Shown here one piece after another: positions 1-12,562 of a stretch of 33,146 nucleotides of DNA; position 1 is the first letter of the stretch; each line of letters begins with the position of its first letter. This DNA is from Tubiluchus corallicola (taxonomy: Eukaryota; Animalia; Priapulida), in NCBI GenBank assembly GCA_030141605.1, contig JAQGDQ010000291.1:1-33146 (forward strand). Reading direction: 5' to 3'. The notes below the pieces were generated by a model. It did not search any database and was not told the origin of the DNA. It saw only the letters and a program-made list of their open reading frames with translations. A program made the translations under genes and the position numbers.

Positions 1-16
1 GGCACCTCAATTTAAT

Positions 17-804
17 CGACGCATTCCTAGGGTGTGGAGGGCGAAGCTGGCTGGAACCCTAGGAATGCGTCGGTCGTTCTGATGGGAGAGATCGGGTGTG
101 GAGGGCGAAGATGGCTGGAACCCTAGGAATGCGTCGGTCGTTCTGGTGGGAGAGATCGGGTGTGGAGGGCGAAGATGGCTGGAACCCTAGGAATGCGTCG
201 GTCGTTCTGATGGGAGAGATCGGGTGTGGAGGGCGAAGATGGCTGGAACCCTAGGAATGCGTCGGTCGTTCAGAAGGGGGAGAGATCGGGTGTGGAGGGC
301 GAAGACAGCTGGAACCCCAGGAATGCGTCGGTCGTTCAGAAGGGGGAGAGATCGGGTGTGGAGGGCGAAGACGGCTGGAACCCCAGGAATGCGTCGGTCG
401 TTCTGGTGGGAGAGATCGGGTGTGGAGGGCAAAGACGGCTGGAACCCTAGGAATGCGTCGGTCATTCTGATGGGAGAGATCGGGTGTGGAGGGCGAAGAT
501 GGCTGGAACCCTAGGAATGCGTCGGTCGTTCTGATGGGAGAGATCGGGTGTGGAGGGCGAAGATGGCTGGAACCCTAGGAATGCGTCGGTCGTTCTGATG
601 GGAGAGATCGGGTGTGGAGGGCGAAGATGGCTGGAACCCTAGGAATGCGTCGGTCGTTCTGGTGGGAGAGATCGGGTGTGGAGGGCGAAGATGGCTGGAA
701 CCCTAGGAATGCGTCGGTCGTTCTGATGGGAGAGATCGGGTGTGGAGGGCGAAGACGGCTGGAAACCTAGGAATGCGTCGGTCGTTCAGAAGGGGGAGAG
801 ATCA
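17..804. repeat. GC-rich minisatellite, about 12 copies of a 64-bp unit (66-bp variants), preceded by a 17-bp inverted copy of part of the unit
   Basis: GGGTGTGGAGGGCGAAG recurs at 30, 94, 158, 222, 288, 354, 418, 482, 546, 610, 674 and 738. Bases 17-33 are the exact reverse complement of 56-72. Confidence 0.95.
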
Positions 805-1873
805 TAACTAAGTTTATATTTGTTTGTTTGTTGCGTAAACTTTGATCATTAAGCTATATTCTGCAGTAAACGCAATATCAGATTTGGTAAAGTGCCAAGA
901 AAAACACAGTGATATACAATTGTTAACAGCTACGTGTGTACCACACTCAAGCAATTAATAACAAATTTTGCAGCACACGAAAAACAGGCGCGCAAAAGCT
1001 GTATTCATTGGTTGGTTAAAACGTAATGGCGTGCCTATCACAAGAAATAAGTTTTTTGCGCAAACACGAGAACGTATTATTCTGCTTGTTTGTTCATCTG
1101 TCCATTCATTCATTTACTATTCATTTATACAAACATTTGCCGATTTAGTCATTCATATATTCATTAACTTGCTCGTTCAATCATTCGTTTACTAGTTTAA
1201 ATTCGTTATTTAAAACAATCTTACTTTTACAGACGGTAATAGTAGTGACATCTTGAAACGGTGTCATTAAAGTTGCCAATCTAATAAAAAAACTTTAGAG
1301 ACTTTTTTCTTGCCCCGAGGTGCAATAATAGCTTTTTAATAGCTGACACCAGCAAGCTACTACAGAGTTTACAGCAATAGAAAGCGGGCTTTAAAAGCCA
1401 CTGAGCTGTTATAATAATACAGTCAGATACAGCCATAGGCGCTATTGCCAGTTAAGTGCATTAAGTTTCCCTTATACGTCCACACTAGCTTCTGGCCTCA
1501 ACGCACCCTTTCCAAATATAATCTCTGATTATAAGAGCAATGCTACTAGCTCAAAACATATAGCTGTCATGAGTTGACAAGATACGATAAGCTCCTTATG
1601 ATTGTATAATATAAAGTTGTCATTAGCTGACAAAATATGCTAAATATAATCTAAGGTTCCTTATGACTGTATAATAATTTTACTTTGCCCTTTAGACAGA
1701 CGAGCATAAATTTATATTTGTTATAACTGTAAGTGAATTAAACGTAAAAAAGGCTGCACGAATAACGTCTAACTTACAACAAGCAAATCACACCATAATC
1801 TAAAATATCTTAAGAAGCTTTGTAAACAACACACTAGCAATATAACTAGAAAAAGAATGTTGCCAAAACGTGT

Positions 1874-3190
1874 AGAAATGCAACAATTTTGGAACCTTCT
1901 TCATGTGCAGAGCTGCAACATTTTCAGAAACTTCTTGATGTGCAGAACTGCAACATTTTCAGAACCTTCTTCATGTACAGAACTGCAACATTTTCGGAAC
2001 CTTCTTCATGTGCAGAACTGCAACATTTTCGGAACCTTTTTCATGTGCAGAACTGCAACATTTTCGGAACCTTCTTCATGTACAGAACTGCAACATTTTC
2101 AGAACCTTCTTCATGTGCAGAAGTGCCACATTTTCAGAACCTTCTTCATGTGCAGAACTGCAACATTTTCAGAACCTTCTTCATGTGCAGAAGTGCAACA
2201 TTTTCGGAACCTTCTTCATGTACAGAACTGCAACATTTTCAGAACCTTCTTCATGTACAGAACTGCAACATTTTCGGAACCTTCTTCATGTGCAGAACTG
2301 CAACATTTTCGGAACCTTTTTCATGTGCAGAACTGCAACATTTTCGGAACCTTCTTCATGTACAGAACTGCAACATTTTCGGAACCTTCTTCATGTACAG
2401 AACTGCAACATTTTCAGAACCTTTTTCATGTGCAGAACTGCAACATTTTCGGAACCTTCTTCATGTACAGAACTGCAACATTTTCGGAACCTTCTTCATG
2501 TGCAGAACTACAACATTTTCAGAACCTTCTTCATGTGCAGAACTACAACATTTTCAGAACCTTCTTCATGTGCAGAACTGCAACATTTTCAGAACCTTCT
2601 TCATGTGCAGAAGTGCCACATTTTCGGAACCTTCTTCATGTACAGAACTGCAACATTTTCAGAACCTTTTTCATGTGCAGAACTGCAACATTTTCGGAAC
2701 CTTCTTCATGTACAGAACTGCAACATTTTCGGAACCTTCTTCATGTGCAGAACTACAACATTTTCAGAACCTTCTTCATGTGCAGAACTACAACATTTTC
2801 AGAACCTTCTTCATGTGCAGAACTGCAACATTTTCAGAACCTTCTTCATGTGCAGAAGTGCCACATTTTCGGAACCTTCTTCATGTACAGAACTGCAACA
2901 TTTTCAGAACCTTTTTCATGTGCAGAACTGCAACATTTTCGGAACCTTCTTCATGTACAGAACTGCAACATTTTCGGAACCTTCTTCATGTGCAGAACTA
3001 CAACATTTTCAGAACCTTCTTCATGTGCAGAACTACAACATTTTCAGAACCTTCTTCATGTGCAGAACTGCAACATTTTCAGAACCTTCTTCATGTGCAG
3101 AAGTGCCACATTTTCGGAAACCTTCTTCATGTACAGAACTGCAACATTTTCAGAACCTTCTTCATGTGCAGAAATGCAACAATTTTAGAA
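1874..3190. repeat. 35-bp tandem satellite, about 37 copies, with a 7-mer (245-bp) higher-order repeat
   Basis: Unit GCAGAACTGCAACATTTTCRGAACCTTCTTCATGT. Diagnostic variants recur every 245 bp, e.g. AAGTGCCACA at 2611, 2856 and 3101. Confidence 0.95.
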
Positions 3191-4576
3191 TCTGTCAGAG
3201 CTTCTTCAGTCATTTCAAGAATTCCACACCAGCGAGTGAGCAGTTTTGCTCCACGTGAAATAGCAGACAAATTCATAATAGGTCAATTTAACAACAAAGG
3301 CCTTCTTTCATGCCTGTTCACAAAAAGGGCAAACTTAAGCAGTTTTCATTGCTAAAGAGTTGACAGTGTTGAAGTGGTGCCCATCTACACGTTCTATGAG
3401 ACCAATTATCTTTTGTGGTTGAGATGCAATTTCACAAAGTCATTTAAACAACAATGATCTAGTCTTTGTCAGTAGCATTAACAATTGCCAAAAATGTGCC
3501 AATTGTGGGGTTAAGAGTCTCACTGATAATTGGTACCAAAAATTAGAAAATGGGTCCAAAGCTGACGAGACTAACTCCTTCCACAAATAACAATAGCATC
3601 TGGCATAACAATAGGCAGCCTGTTCAAACGGGACAGTTCATTCAAAGGCAATCGAGAGGAACTCACTCTTTCACATTATGTACAGAGTAAACAGCACAAA
3701 ATTGATAAAAAAGTTAATAAGCCTGTGGCAGGCTATCTTGCTTAAAGCCAAAAACCTGAGCTAACCAGACTTAGCCTTAAGCATACATGAAGAACGAAGG
3801 CACCTTATGAAAAGACTTTATGAACAATTTTTTAATAAAAAAACATAGAAGTATATAAATCGTTGATGTGTACCATTCAAGAAGAAATGTTTACTAGTTA
3901 CATATTAAATTTCGACACCAGATACGCAGAAGAAATATTTAAGTATTTTTAAATAGGCTGTTGATAAATCCAGACACTAGAGTGATTAGGTATAATTATA
4001 CAGCTGTATACGTAATAGCTAGGCACTTAAGTCTTAATAGTCTAGCACCACCACATAATCCAACTCTCCACCCAAGAACTGTTAAACCCAACACAGCTTT
4101 TTGGTAAATAACCAAACAGTGTTTGCTGAGTTATTAAAACCCAGTTCTATTCTAGACGACTGATCTTTTAAAGTGTTTGAACAGGTAAATTAACTCTGCA
4201 GGCCTGGCACCAGGTGACTGTTACCAAGCCCTTTGACAAACAAGTCAAGTCCTTCGTTGTCCATTACTCAAATGCAGCTAAACATTAGCAGCTTGCCACT
4301 TAAATATAGGTCCCGGCCAGCCACAGAAGTTCACAAACAAAAGCTACAATACGTACAGCCCCTTTACCTCAGAATACAGAGAAGTTAAAGCCTACATCTC
4401 TCGAAAGTTTTTACAGATTTTCGTACGGCCATGATGCTAACCGAACGTCCATGAGGCAATGTGGACACTGGACTCTGACACGTGAACATCATTAAACAGT
4501 GCTAACCGCCAAGCTGCCATTCAAAGTAAAAACTACATAAGTACACAACCAGGACTGAAATTATGAATAAACGTAC

Positions 4577-4690
4577 CTCCCAAGGAATGTTGACAACTTT
4601 GTCTCCTATAACTGTAGCACGATAGCTGCCCGTTCTTTGGTGATCGTTTTGAGTTTCTCTGTTTACACTTTGACCAGGTAACTTTGGCAC
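4577..4690 (-). CDS. PLEKHA1: TAPP-like coding exon 4 (linker after PH1)
   Basis: TTTTACAG acceptor, 38 codons VPKLPGQSVNRETQNDHQRTGSYRATVIGDKVVNIPWE, GTACGT donor; resembles TAPP VPKQ...SYRTDIVGG. Confidence 0.82.
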
Positions 4691-7600
4691 CTGTAAAACA
4701 TAGAAACTGCAACATATCTCACTCATGAATATTGATTTTATTGTTAGTAAAAATAGTAAAAATTGCCACTGAAATATCTGGATACCGAGGATAGCAAAAT
4801 TAATTAGGCCACACTTCATCTGTGCCATCATTAGAGAAGAAAGGCAAAATATGAAATGTTGTTTCATTGCAACAGGTAGAAATTTGGTTGGAACACTCTT
4901 TGACCAATGGCTAATCAACTGCTACTTTAGGCTTAATACTATTCTGCTGGCAACATCTGAATTCGTCACACTTGGCGAGTTAAGCAAGGTACCTGTTGCA
5001 GTTTTTCTGTCTACTGACTGACCGATTGAGTCACTCACTCATAAACACTACGGTTGGGTAGACTAAGCCTAGGAAACTGCGCTATCATTTCTTGGGGTCG
5101 GAGTTAAAACAAATTTTTGCATATCTGTGAACAATTCTCTAGGGCACCTACTACCACTATTATCATTCTTTGCAACTAAACCACGAATAGAACTTTATCA
5201 GCTGCTGGTTTTATTACACTCCCTATACATAATAATTCTTACTTTAATGACTTATATTCATGTCCTTCCCGAATTAATTAATGAATAATTGATAAAAGTA
5301 ATGTAACAATATCAACGCTCATGCATCACCTGGACAAATTACCATTTACAACACGCAAATCATGATGTTTGCTGTACAGCAATTACAAATGATGAAAGGC
5401 TGCAGAGCAAAGCAGGAAGCCAAGTTTAATTAAATGAAGCCACATGTATCAGCAGACCAAATGCAGGAGAAATAAATGTGGTAAGTGACTGCTACAGGTG
5501 CATCAGACAAGGTAAACTTGTTAATAATATATATTATAAATTAGCTTAATAAATCACTCATACTGTAGGCAGATACTTGGCGCCAAATTTTATTCGTGCA
5601 ATGTACATTGCACCATGAACCACAATGCCAACGCCATATTGATTTTTGACCTGTTTTATTACAAGGTCATAATCTTTCCTGATCTTTGACCAGAAAAGAA
5701 TGCACCGCTTGCTGTTATAACTCGCATACAAAACTACTTATTGTGATACCTTTAAACAGCTTTACAGAACACACAATAGAAAACAGCATGACTAGGGCAT
5801 TAGTATTCAAAGCAGTAACTAATTTTTATATAACATGGGTACAATAAAAACCTTTCAAGTGTCTAAAACCAGTTTTAAGGCTAATAAATCTATTGAGCTC
5901 TACTAGGCCAAAGTAAAGACTGGTTCACAAAACAAATTCAGTGTAGGCAGAGAATAAAAAAACCAACGCACGTTTTATCAAATATCATACTACCATTAGC
6001 GCAACACACGAAATGATAAATTGCAAAATTTCGTCGGTCTGGTCGGTTTGAGATGTAACAAAGCAGCTTTACAATATGTACTGAAAACGAATGAATTACT
6101 CAAACATAAATCTATTAATCACTGCACACTACCAAGACTTGTTGAATCTGTATCATGTGCTATATGATCCGTTTATATAATTACTAGATCTGACCTTACC
6201 TTATCTAATGTTTAGATCAAATTTCTGCATTAAATGCAACACATTTACACAGTGCTAGTTTAACTACGAAATTACTTTGGTACATTTTATTGCCTGTAAT
6301 TTTTGGCTAATTGTGACACAAAACATGCCTTTCAATATATTAGCATTTCTGTTTTTGCCATAAGACTGAAATGTCTAGTGGCATTTAAAGATGAGGACAG
6401 AAGCGATCGACTGCAGCTTGACAAAAGTAGAAACAGAATTAGCTCCTGGACCACGCCTACATAATTCATGCAACTGTCAAAGCATTACAGCAAGTGAAAG
6501 CTTTTGACAAGGCACAGGTGGGCTGTACACATAACACAGGTTTGACATAGACCCATTGTAAATGTTCCTGGAAGTTCTCCAAGTATTTTTACACCCTTTA
6601 AATTTACAGTTATAAGAAACTTATTGTATCTTAACTTCCAGTATAGTTTAAGGCATACTCTAGTCTAAACAACAATTTGCTAAACATGGCATACATTAAA
6701 TTGCTCTAAAACTTAACTAGCTAATTTGCACTAAATTAAATTAAAAGTTAACAAGGTTTTACAGTTAAATGCTTGGAGTTCAATTGTAGAAATTGGTAAA
6801 TTGAAATTAAAAACTAATTCAAATGAATTGAAAAAATCATACACAGATTATTAGGCATACCGTTATTTTGCACGAATCCTTCAAAGCCGTTATCCATCCT
6901 TGCATTTCCCCGCAACTACTAGCCGACAGGTAATACTGGCGCCCTTTTGCATGGATTACTGAAAAAATGTTTAAAAAGAGGGTAGGTAAATCCAAGTGTT
7001 CTCTATGAAATGACAAAGTCCTTATTTCTTCGACCACATCTCATTCATTTGTAACTAACTGTTTACAATAATTTTTGATGACCCGATCAACTCTGTGCTA
7101 TGTAAAAGCTATGTAAACTATAATATCATGTATATAATATATATATATATATAACTATTATGTACACTTGTAAAGTATAATATCATTTTAGACAGTGATC
7201 AAAGCAGAAGCGAATAGCCTTAACCGTTGCCAATATTGATTGGATAAAAAATCCGTAGATAACTCATCAGTCATCACCAAACCAATCAGTAAATCAATAA
7301 ATTTATCATAATTTACTACAATCGTTTTACTACGGCAACGATATAACTGCTCACAGGTGCTCACATCTAATTTAACCAAATTACAGAACTCTATCCCAGC
7401 ATCGAGGCATTCCTGAGAATAATGTGACAAAATACTGCAAGGGAAAAGTTCTGAGTGCAAAGCACTGCATATAGAAACAATTATAAGAACAAGAATTGAA
7501 AATGTACAATCGTGTATTCTGATTACCTGCAAAAACTCACTAGAGTGGATATTGCTGAACTGCAACTGGCCATCAGTATGAAACGTATAATTATGTACAA

Positions 7601-9119
7601 CATATAATTCAGGCCCTACACCATGTATTAGTTAATCACCCACAGATATCATGAACTGAGGCTTTTTCACCATTTTGCCCCCACCATGAAAATGTTTTCG
7701 TAAAGAGAAATCATACATCATATTTTAAGCTGTGTCAACCGATCAAAGGAAAATGAAATTGAGCAGGAAGCTCACAAAAAGTAGTTTACCATATATATAA
7801 CACCAAGTTACTGGTGAGAGCAAGAATTGGTGCACTGGTGGTGATTAATGGGCATTTAGGCCCATTTAGATGGAAAACAGCTGAAAGTGACAGACATTGT
7901 GTGGTTTGAACTTGGAGAATTAACATCATCTTTTATTGTAATGTCCTTATTATGAAAATGAAAGAAATATGGTTTGAGAAGGAGTTTTAAATGAAGATCA
8001 AACGTGGAATGAATGTTATTTCAGAATACTGATTGTGGAAAAAATTTCTTGGTGATAAAATGAAGAAACATTGTGAGGTAGGAATTGCAAGCTTTGTCTA
8101 AGTTTGTGTGTTTTTTTATTTTCAATCAAATAGCAGTTTTGACTACTTACCTCAAAGATCCAGGCACTGAACTGGAGTGAAATTACATTACTTACCAAAA
8201 CAAAAAGGAACCTTGGGTTTTTGTTTGCTTGCTTCATTGACTAGTGAGATGTAGTTAAGCTTTATGGATAACTTGGGTTTTGCTCCATCAGGAAGATTCT
8301 ATAAAAAAGTTTACACACAAAGTTTTTAAGTACATTGTGTGTTTCACACACACACATGTGCTCTTAGTGAATTTGTCTCAGTTTTTTACACCAGAGGCCG
8401 TCCATCATTAATTTCCTAGAACAACAAAGTGTAGTCACTTGGATAACAACTAGTTGTTGTTTTTTTGCTGCAAACTATTGCTTTGAGGATGACAACGTGT
8501 AAGGCTTCATATTAGGGGTCACAGGGTAAAAATAAGTTTGGGGCGTGCATTAATATATACTTATATTACATTATGTACATGAAAATATGAGGACCAATGA
8601 ATGTAGAAATAGATAGTGAGTTAAGAGTACATGTGACGAAGCTTTCTAAAAATCAATTTATTGAGGAGCAAGTGGGTCGGGGGACTAATCTTCCTATAAA
8701 GTAAGTAAAATCTTAGGAAACTATAGTTTGGGAAAAATACAGCTCTTCAATGAACAGTGTTGTGAGTAGGGTGGAGATTTCACCATCAGGTTTCTGTAGA
8801 GTGAAAATGATATCTTGGTTAAGGGGTTGTCAGAAGAGCTTTGAAGAATGATTAATCGTGTGCAAATAGCTCGAAATAAATCAAATAAAACACAATTAAG
8901 GTTCACAAACTTTGCACCTAAATAACTCAGTCGTTTATTTACAACAGCAGTAATGTAATGAAAAATGATTATTCATACCAGAGGATTGTCAACGTATGAC
9001 ATCAAATACTCCTTCACTTGGTCAAGAATAAAATAACGTCGAAAGAACTGACCACTGCCCTCCTCGTTTTCCACATCCAGGTACCCGCAGGTGCGTTTTA
9101 ATCTGTCTTTATACGGCAT
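4577..9119 (-). CDS. PLEKHA1: TAPP1/TAPP2-like pleckstrin homology domain protein, spliced: join of 9119-8979, 8298-8196, 6958-6861, 4690-4577; 3' end not identified
   Basis: Spliced translation MPYKDRLKRTCGYLDVENEEGSGQFFRRYFILDQVKEYLMSYVDNPL/NLPDGAKPKLSIKLNYISLVNEASKQKPKVPFCFV/IHAKGRQYYLSASSCGEMQGWITALKDSCKIT/VPKLPGQ...SYRATVIGDKVVNIPWE follows the remembered TAPP1 N-terminus (MPYVDRQNRICGFLDIEE...KITVPKQ...SYRTDIVGGV). All introns are GT-AG with consistent phases (0,1,0). Confidence 0.9.
6861..6958 (-). CDS. PLEKHA1: TAPP-like coding exon 3 (PH C-terminal helix with conserved Trp)
   Basis: TTTTCAG acceptor, 98 nt (V)IHAKGRQYYLSASSCGEMQGWITALKDSCKIT, GTATGC donor; lies within track ORF 6837..7037. 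Confidence 0.92.
8196..8298 (-). CDS. PLEKHA1: TAPP-like coding exon 2
   Basis: TTTATAG acceptor, 103 nt NLPDGAKPKLSIKLNYISLVNEASKQKPKVPFCF(V), GTAAGT donor. Confidence 0.9.
8979..9119 (-). CDS. PLEKHA1: TAPP-like coding exon 1 (start of N-terminal PH domain)
   Basis: ATG at 9119, 47 codons MPYKDRLKRTCGYLD...YVDNPL, then GTATGA donor. A CTTTAG acceptor 5 nt upstream of the ATG implies a separate 5' UTR exon. Confidence 0.92.
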
Positions 9120-10465
9120 TGACTCTAAAGCAGGTTACAGCAAATTAATGCATTCAGCATTTCACTAGGCATACAAGGTTTGACTTGCATCTATGTTAAA
9201 ACTGGCATGTTGCTACACAAAACATTAACCAGTAATAACTTATTCTGTAGGATATATGTATATTCCCGAGATAACTAGAGGAACTCTTCGTTGAATCAAT
9301 TAAACGTTGGGCTGAAATCATTAGAATGAAAATAATGGAACAACCACGCCGCAGAGACTAATCAAAGCTGTGTAGAAGCAAAATCGCAAGAAATGTGCAG
9401 TTACTGTAATACTGTTAAATGAATACGTACCTGTAGCTGCAAGTGTAAAGTTATAACAGCAATGTGGTGTAACGCCACGCAAGTCCACAACTGGCACAAG
9501 CACAAACGGTTAAAACCATAAACGTACTCTACACGGAATAGCACAGACCCTTTTAATTCACTCGAGCAGAATATTTACGTCAAGTTCATCATTGTTACGT
9601 GTGCCAGAATATTCCAGAAGCATGCACAAAACTGTATAACTTCTTAAAACACCTGCAAAGGCTACCCAATAAACACAATTAGTGATCACTCAGAACTCAC
9701 AACTCAGTCATTGCTATCACCTACACAATGCTTGACTGACTGTAGAAATGACGCTGTGACTTGTGTTTACTCTAGTAACGCATTCCTGAGCCTCAGTCTG
9801 GGAATCTTTGTCGGCGTAAAGTGTAAAGTCGCCCTACAATGGACCACGTTCCTGTTATTTCATCTTAGAATTACAAAAAAAACGGTCGACAACTTACAAA
9901 AAATTCAATGTTGCAGACATTTTAAACTGTCATATTGTCAGTATTTGTCACAAGATTATAACAGATGTTTTGCAAGAAAAATAGGAGAATAATCAATTTT
10001 CATCCTCGTAAGAATGACAAATTTTTCAAGTCGTCAAAATGGTACAAAAATATGGTAAAACGTGCAAGTTTAACATTGTATGGTATGATAGTGACCAACC
10101 GACCACGCTGTAGTTTTTCTAAGATAATAACTTTTTCTTTGAGAAATACAAAGTATTTAAAAGACTATTATGCGTTAAAACTGCTCTTCCCAATCTGGAC
10201 AGCCAGCAAGGAGGGAAAGGGAATTTTAACGTATCCCGCGGTCTTCGAAGAATCGCATCCTCGCAGGACTGGCACAAAGCAAAAGTGAACTGATAAAAAT
10301 TTCAAGTATATGACAAAAGATTTGGATACTGCTGCATGCGTAATGCGTAGCGTGGAATCTCGAACGATCAAACTTCACCCGTCTTGTTAATCATTTTGGG
10401 ACACGCAGCGTGGTGCACTACACTTAAATAAAAACTCAAAATAATACTGTCGAACAACAATTACA

Positions 10466-10485
10466 TCGCCGCTTCCGGCGTCGTT
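10466..10485 (-). promoter_or_regulatory. Candidate promoter element (ETS-like CCGGAAG) upstream of the TAPP-like gene
   Basis: GCTTCCGG at 10471-10478 in a small CpG-rich patch within AT-rich intergenic DNA. Motif match only. Confidence 0.3.
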
Positions 10486-11451
10486 GGTTGTTGTCCTTTC
10501 ACTACTCCTTTATGACAGTAAATTAGCGAAATATAGTCGTTCTATCTTTTATATCATCCCATATATGAGCTTCATTCATTACATCATTCCATTTTAAGCA
10601 CTAATGTTTTTTTATCACATGATTCACTTTAAATTTTCAGGTTATTTCCATTACTTTTTTCTATCACTGTGTGGGACAATCTAACAAGCCCTGCTTTTTG
10701 ATTGCCGACAACACATTTACCTTCGTATATAGGTGAACAGTGTTTGAGGCGTTTCCTGTGCAGTATTTCTTATTTGTATTATGTTCATTGTAGGCCCTTT
10801 CACTAGATATTGTACATGAAACTATTGTAAATGTGCAATGTGAAATAAATGACTTATGACTTAGTGTAACTGGCCAGTTTTCTAATCAGCCACTCATAAT
10901 CGCAACGGTAAAAAACGGGACCGGTACTGGCACTCCGTTCACTTTCAGGCTGTATAAATTTATTAAGCCTATTGTAGTTATAAGATGGCTTTGGCGTAAT
11001 GCCTGCGACATAGATCATATAGGATAATGTATGTTTTATAGCAATAGTAAATTTATAACAATATATCGTGACATTCGTGATAAAGCATAGTATTTGACGT
11101 TCGCTCGATGTAGAGTGAATCAGAATGAACAAAGGCTAATACTTTTATAATCCGCACAAGTTAATTTTTATTTTACAATCTACTAAAAAGTTATAATTAT
11201 TATACAGATTTTCTTGTAGCTTAAATCTAAGCTAGGCATTGTAAGTTATTTTATTTTACTTTAGAAGTTTAAATGATTAGTAGTGTTATTATATTATTTT
11301 ATTGTAAGAGTCAGATTTGCCACAGTTAATGATTTAATACAAAATGATTATACCTACTCTAAAAGAGAAACCAAAAGCAGAGTTTAACTTCCAAGGCTCC
11401 ATACATAATTATTGCATTTTAAGTGTTAATCAGAAAAAAATAGGCTAGCTT

Positions 11452-11465
11452 GCGCCATCTGCAGG
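11452..11465 (-). promoter_or_regulatory. CTCF-like motif
   Basis: Minus strand CCTGCAGATGGCGC matches CCASYAGRKGGCRS at 13/14 positions. Confidence 0.35.
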
Positions 11466-12084
11466 ACAAATGTTAAAGAGTTCTTCAAACGGAGCCCGTA
11501 ACAATAAGTTTTACTACCGTAAAGTATAAAATAAAGTTTTTTATGTTGTAGTAATTAATAATGCGAGTAAACCAGCATGATACATTCTTGAGCGCATGTG
11601 ATTTTTGTTTATTGCATGCGTATTAGCATGTATAAGCATAGAGTCATTGATGACCGAGTAATCTCCCACCTGAGCTAGTAGAGGCTCCATCGATAAATGC
11701 CTTTACGTATGGTTTAACTAAATTTTACTGTGACAGGCAACACCAGTACACTTAAATTGGTTCTGCATGAGGTTTGTACTGCTCACCACCCATGTGAGTT
11801 TATTATTAGATCAAAATTGGCAAATAAAAATATAACTACACGATGTGCTTAGAATGCAATAAATTTATTTATTTTTCCCCTTCTCTCTTATCGATTTTCG
11901 TCTGCTCTCCTCCCTCTTTTTGGAGAGTCTAGATTTTGTTAAATACCAAAAGACAATATAACACTTATGTATTATTACTAGAATACTAAATATTAAGTAT
12001 GTACATAAATATATATTTTTCATAATTTGCCTGATATTAATTCGTTTCACTTAAAACATTTTAAAATGATAGAAATGAACAAAA

Positions 12085-12303
12085 GTGCGCTTTTCACTTC
12101 TATTTTCTCCTTTTCTCTCCCTTCCTCTGTTTTCCTCTCCTCTCTTTTGTTATTTTCCCTTCTTTTCTCCTAGCCGCTATGCCCTGCTTTTCTTTACTTC
12201 CTTCTTCATTTCTCTTTCCCTTCCTGCTCTCTTTTCACCTCACTTTTCCTTTCAGCTTCTTTTTCTCTCCTGAATTCTCTTCTTCCGTTCACTTTCTTTT
12301 CTT
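12085..12303. repeat. Polypyrimidine (CT-rich) low-complexity tract
   Basis: About 220 bp almost entirely C/T on the plus strand; explains the F/L/S/P-rich ORF 12085..12273. Confidence 0.85.
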
Positions 12304-12390
12304 CAGAGCCTAGACATTACTGTCGATCACTTCGTTTCATTCGACGCCTGGAAACCTGGATAAACATTCGCTTTTTAGTTTTTGCGCCCG

Positions 12391-12404
12391 CCAACAGATG
12401 GCAG
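12391..12404 (+). promoter_or_regulatory. CTCF-like motif about 160 bp upstream of the Tks-like ATG
   Basis: CCAACAGATGGCAG matches CCASYAGRKGGCRS at 13/14 positions. Confidence 0.35.
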
Positions 12405-12562
12405 ACAACTCAGCAGCCAGAGATCATGGACGAATACACAAGGACGGTTTCTTAATGTGAATACTGTAACTATTAATTTAATGTTTTCATTGCAAACATG
12501 TGCGGTTCTCAAATGATACTCGTGTTTGGTTAACTTGATAGCTACTTTGCTTACAACGGAAA

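Noticed and set aside
30-804. CRISPR array, or ORFs 187..465, 224..514, 226..450
   Set aside because: Units are head-to-tail with no unique spacers, there are no cas genes and the context is eukaryotic; the ORFs are repeat translations.
1857-3355. Three overlapping 416-488 aa ORFs with Cys/His-rich repeats
   Set aside because: They are the three frames of a 35-bp satellite with no plus-strand stop; because 35 is not a multiple of 3, all frames give the same rotating peptide. No domain or splice support.
4385-4474. Possible terminal TAPP exon SPVSTLPHGRSVSIMAVRKSVKTFERCRL*
   Set aside because: Phase-compatible with exon 4 but has a weak polypyrimidine tract and no similarity I can recognise to TAPP.
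7188-7565. 125-aa minus-strand ORF with splice-like signals in TAPP intron 2
   Set aside because: Exons 8298-8196 and 6958-6861 already join into a gap-free PH domain, so no extra exon is needed.
12085-12273. Hydrophobic 62-aa ORF, and basic ORF 11865..12050
   Set aside because: Products of CT-rich low-complexity sequence.
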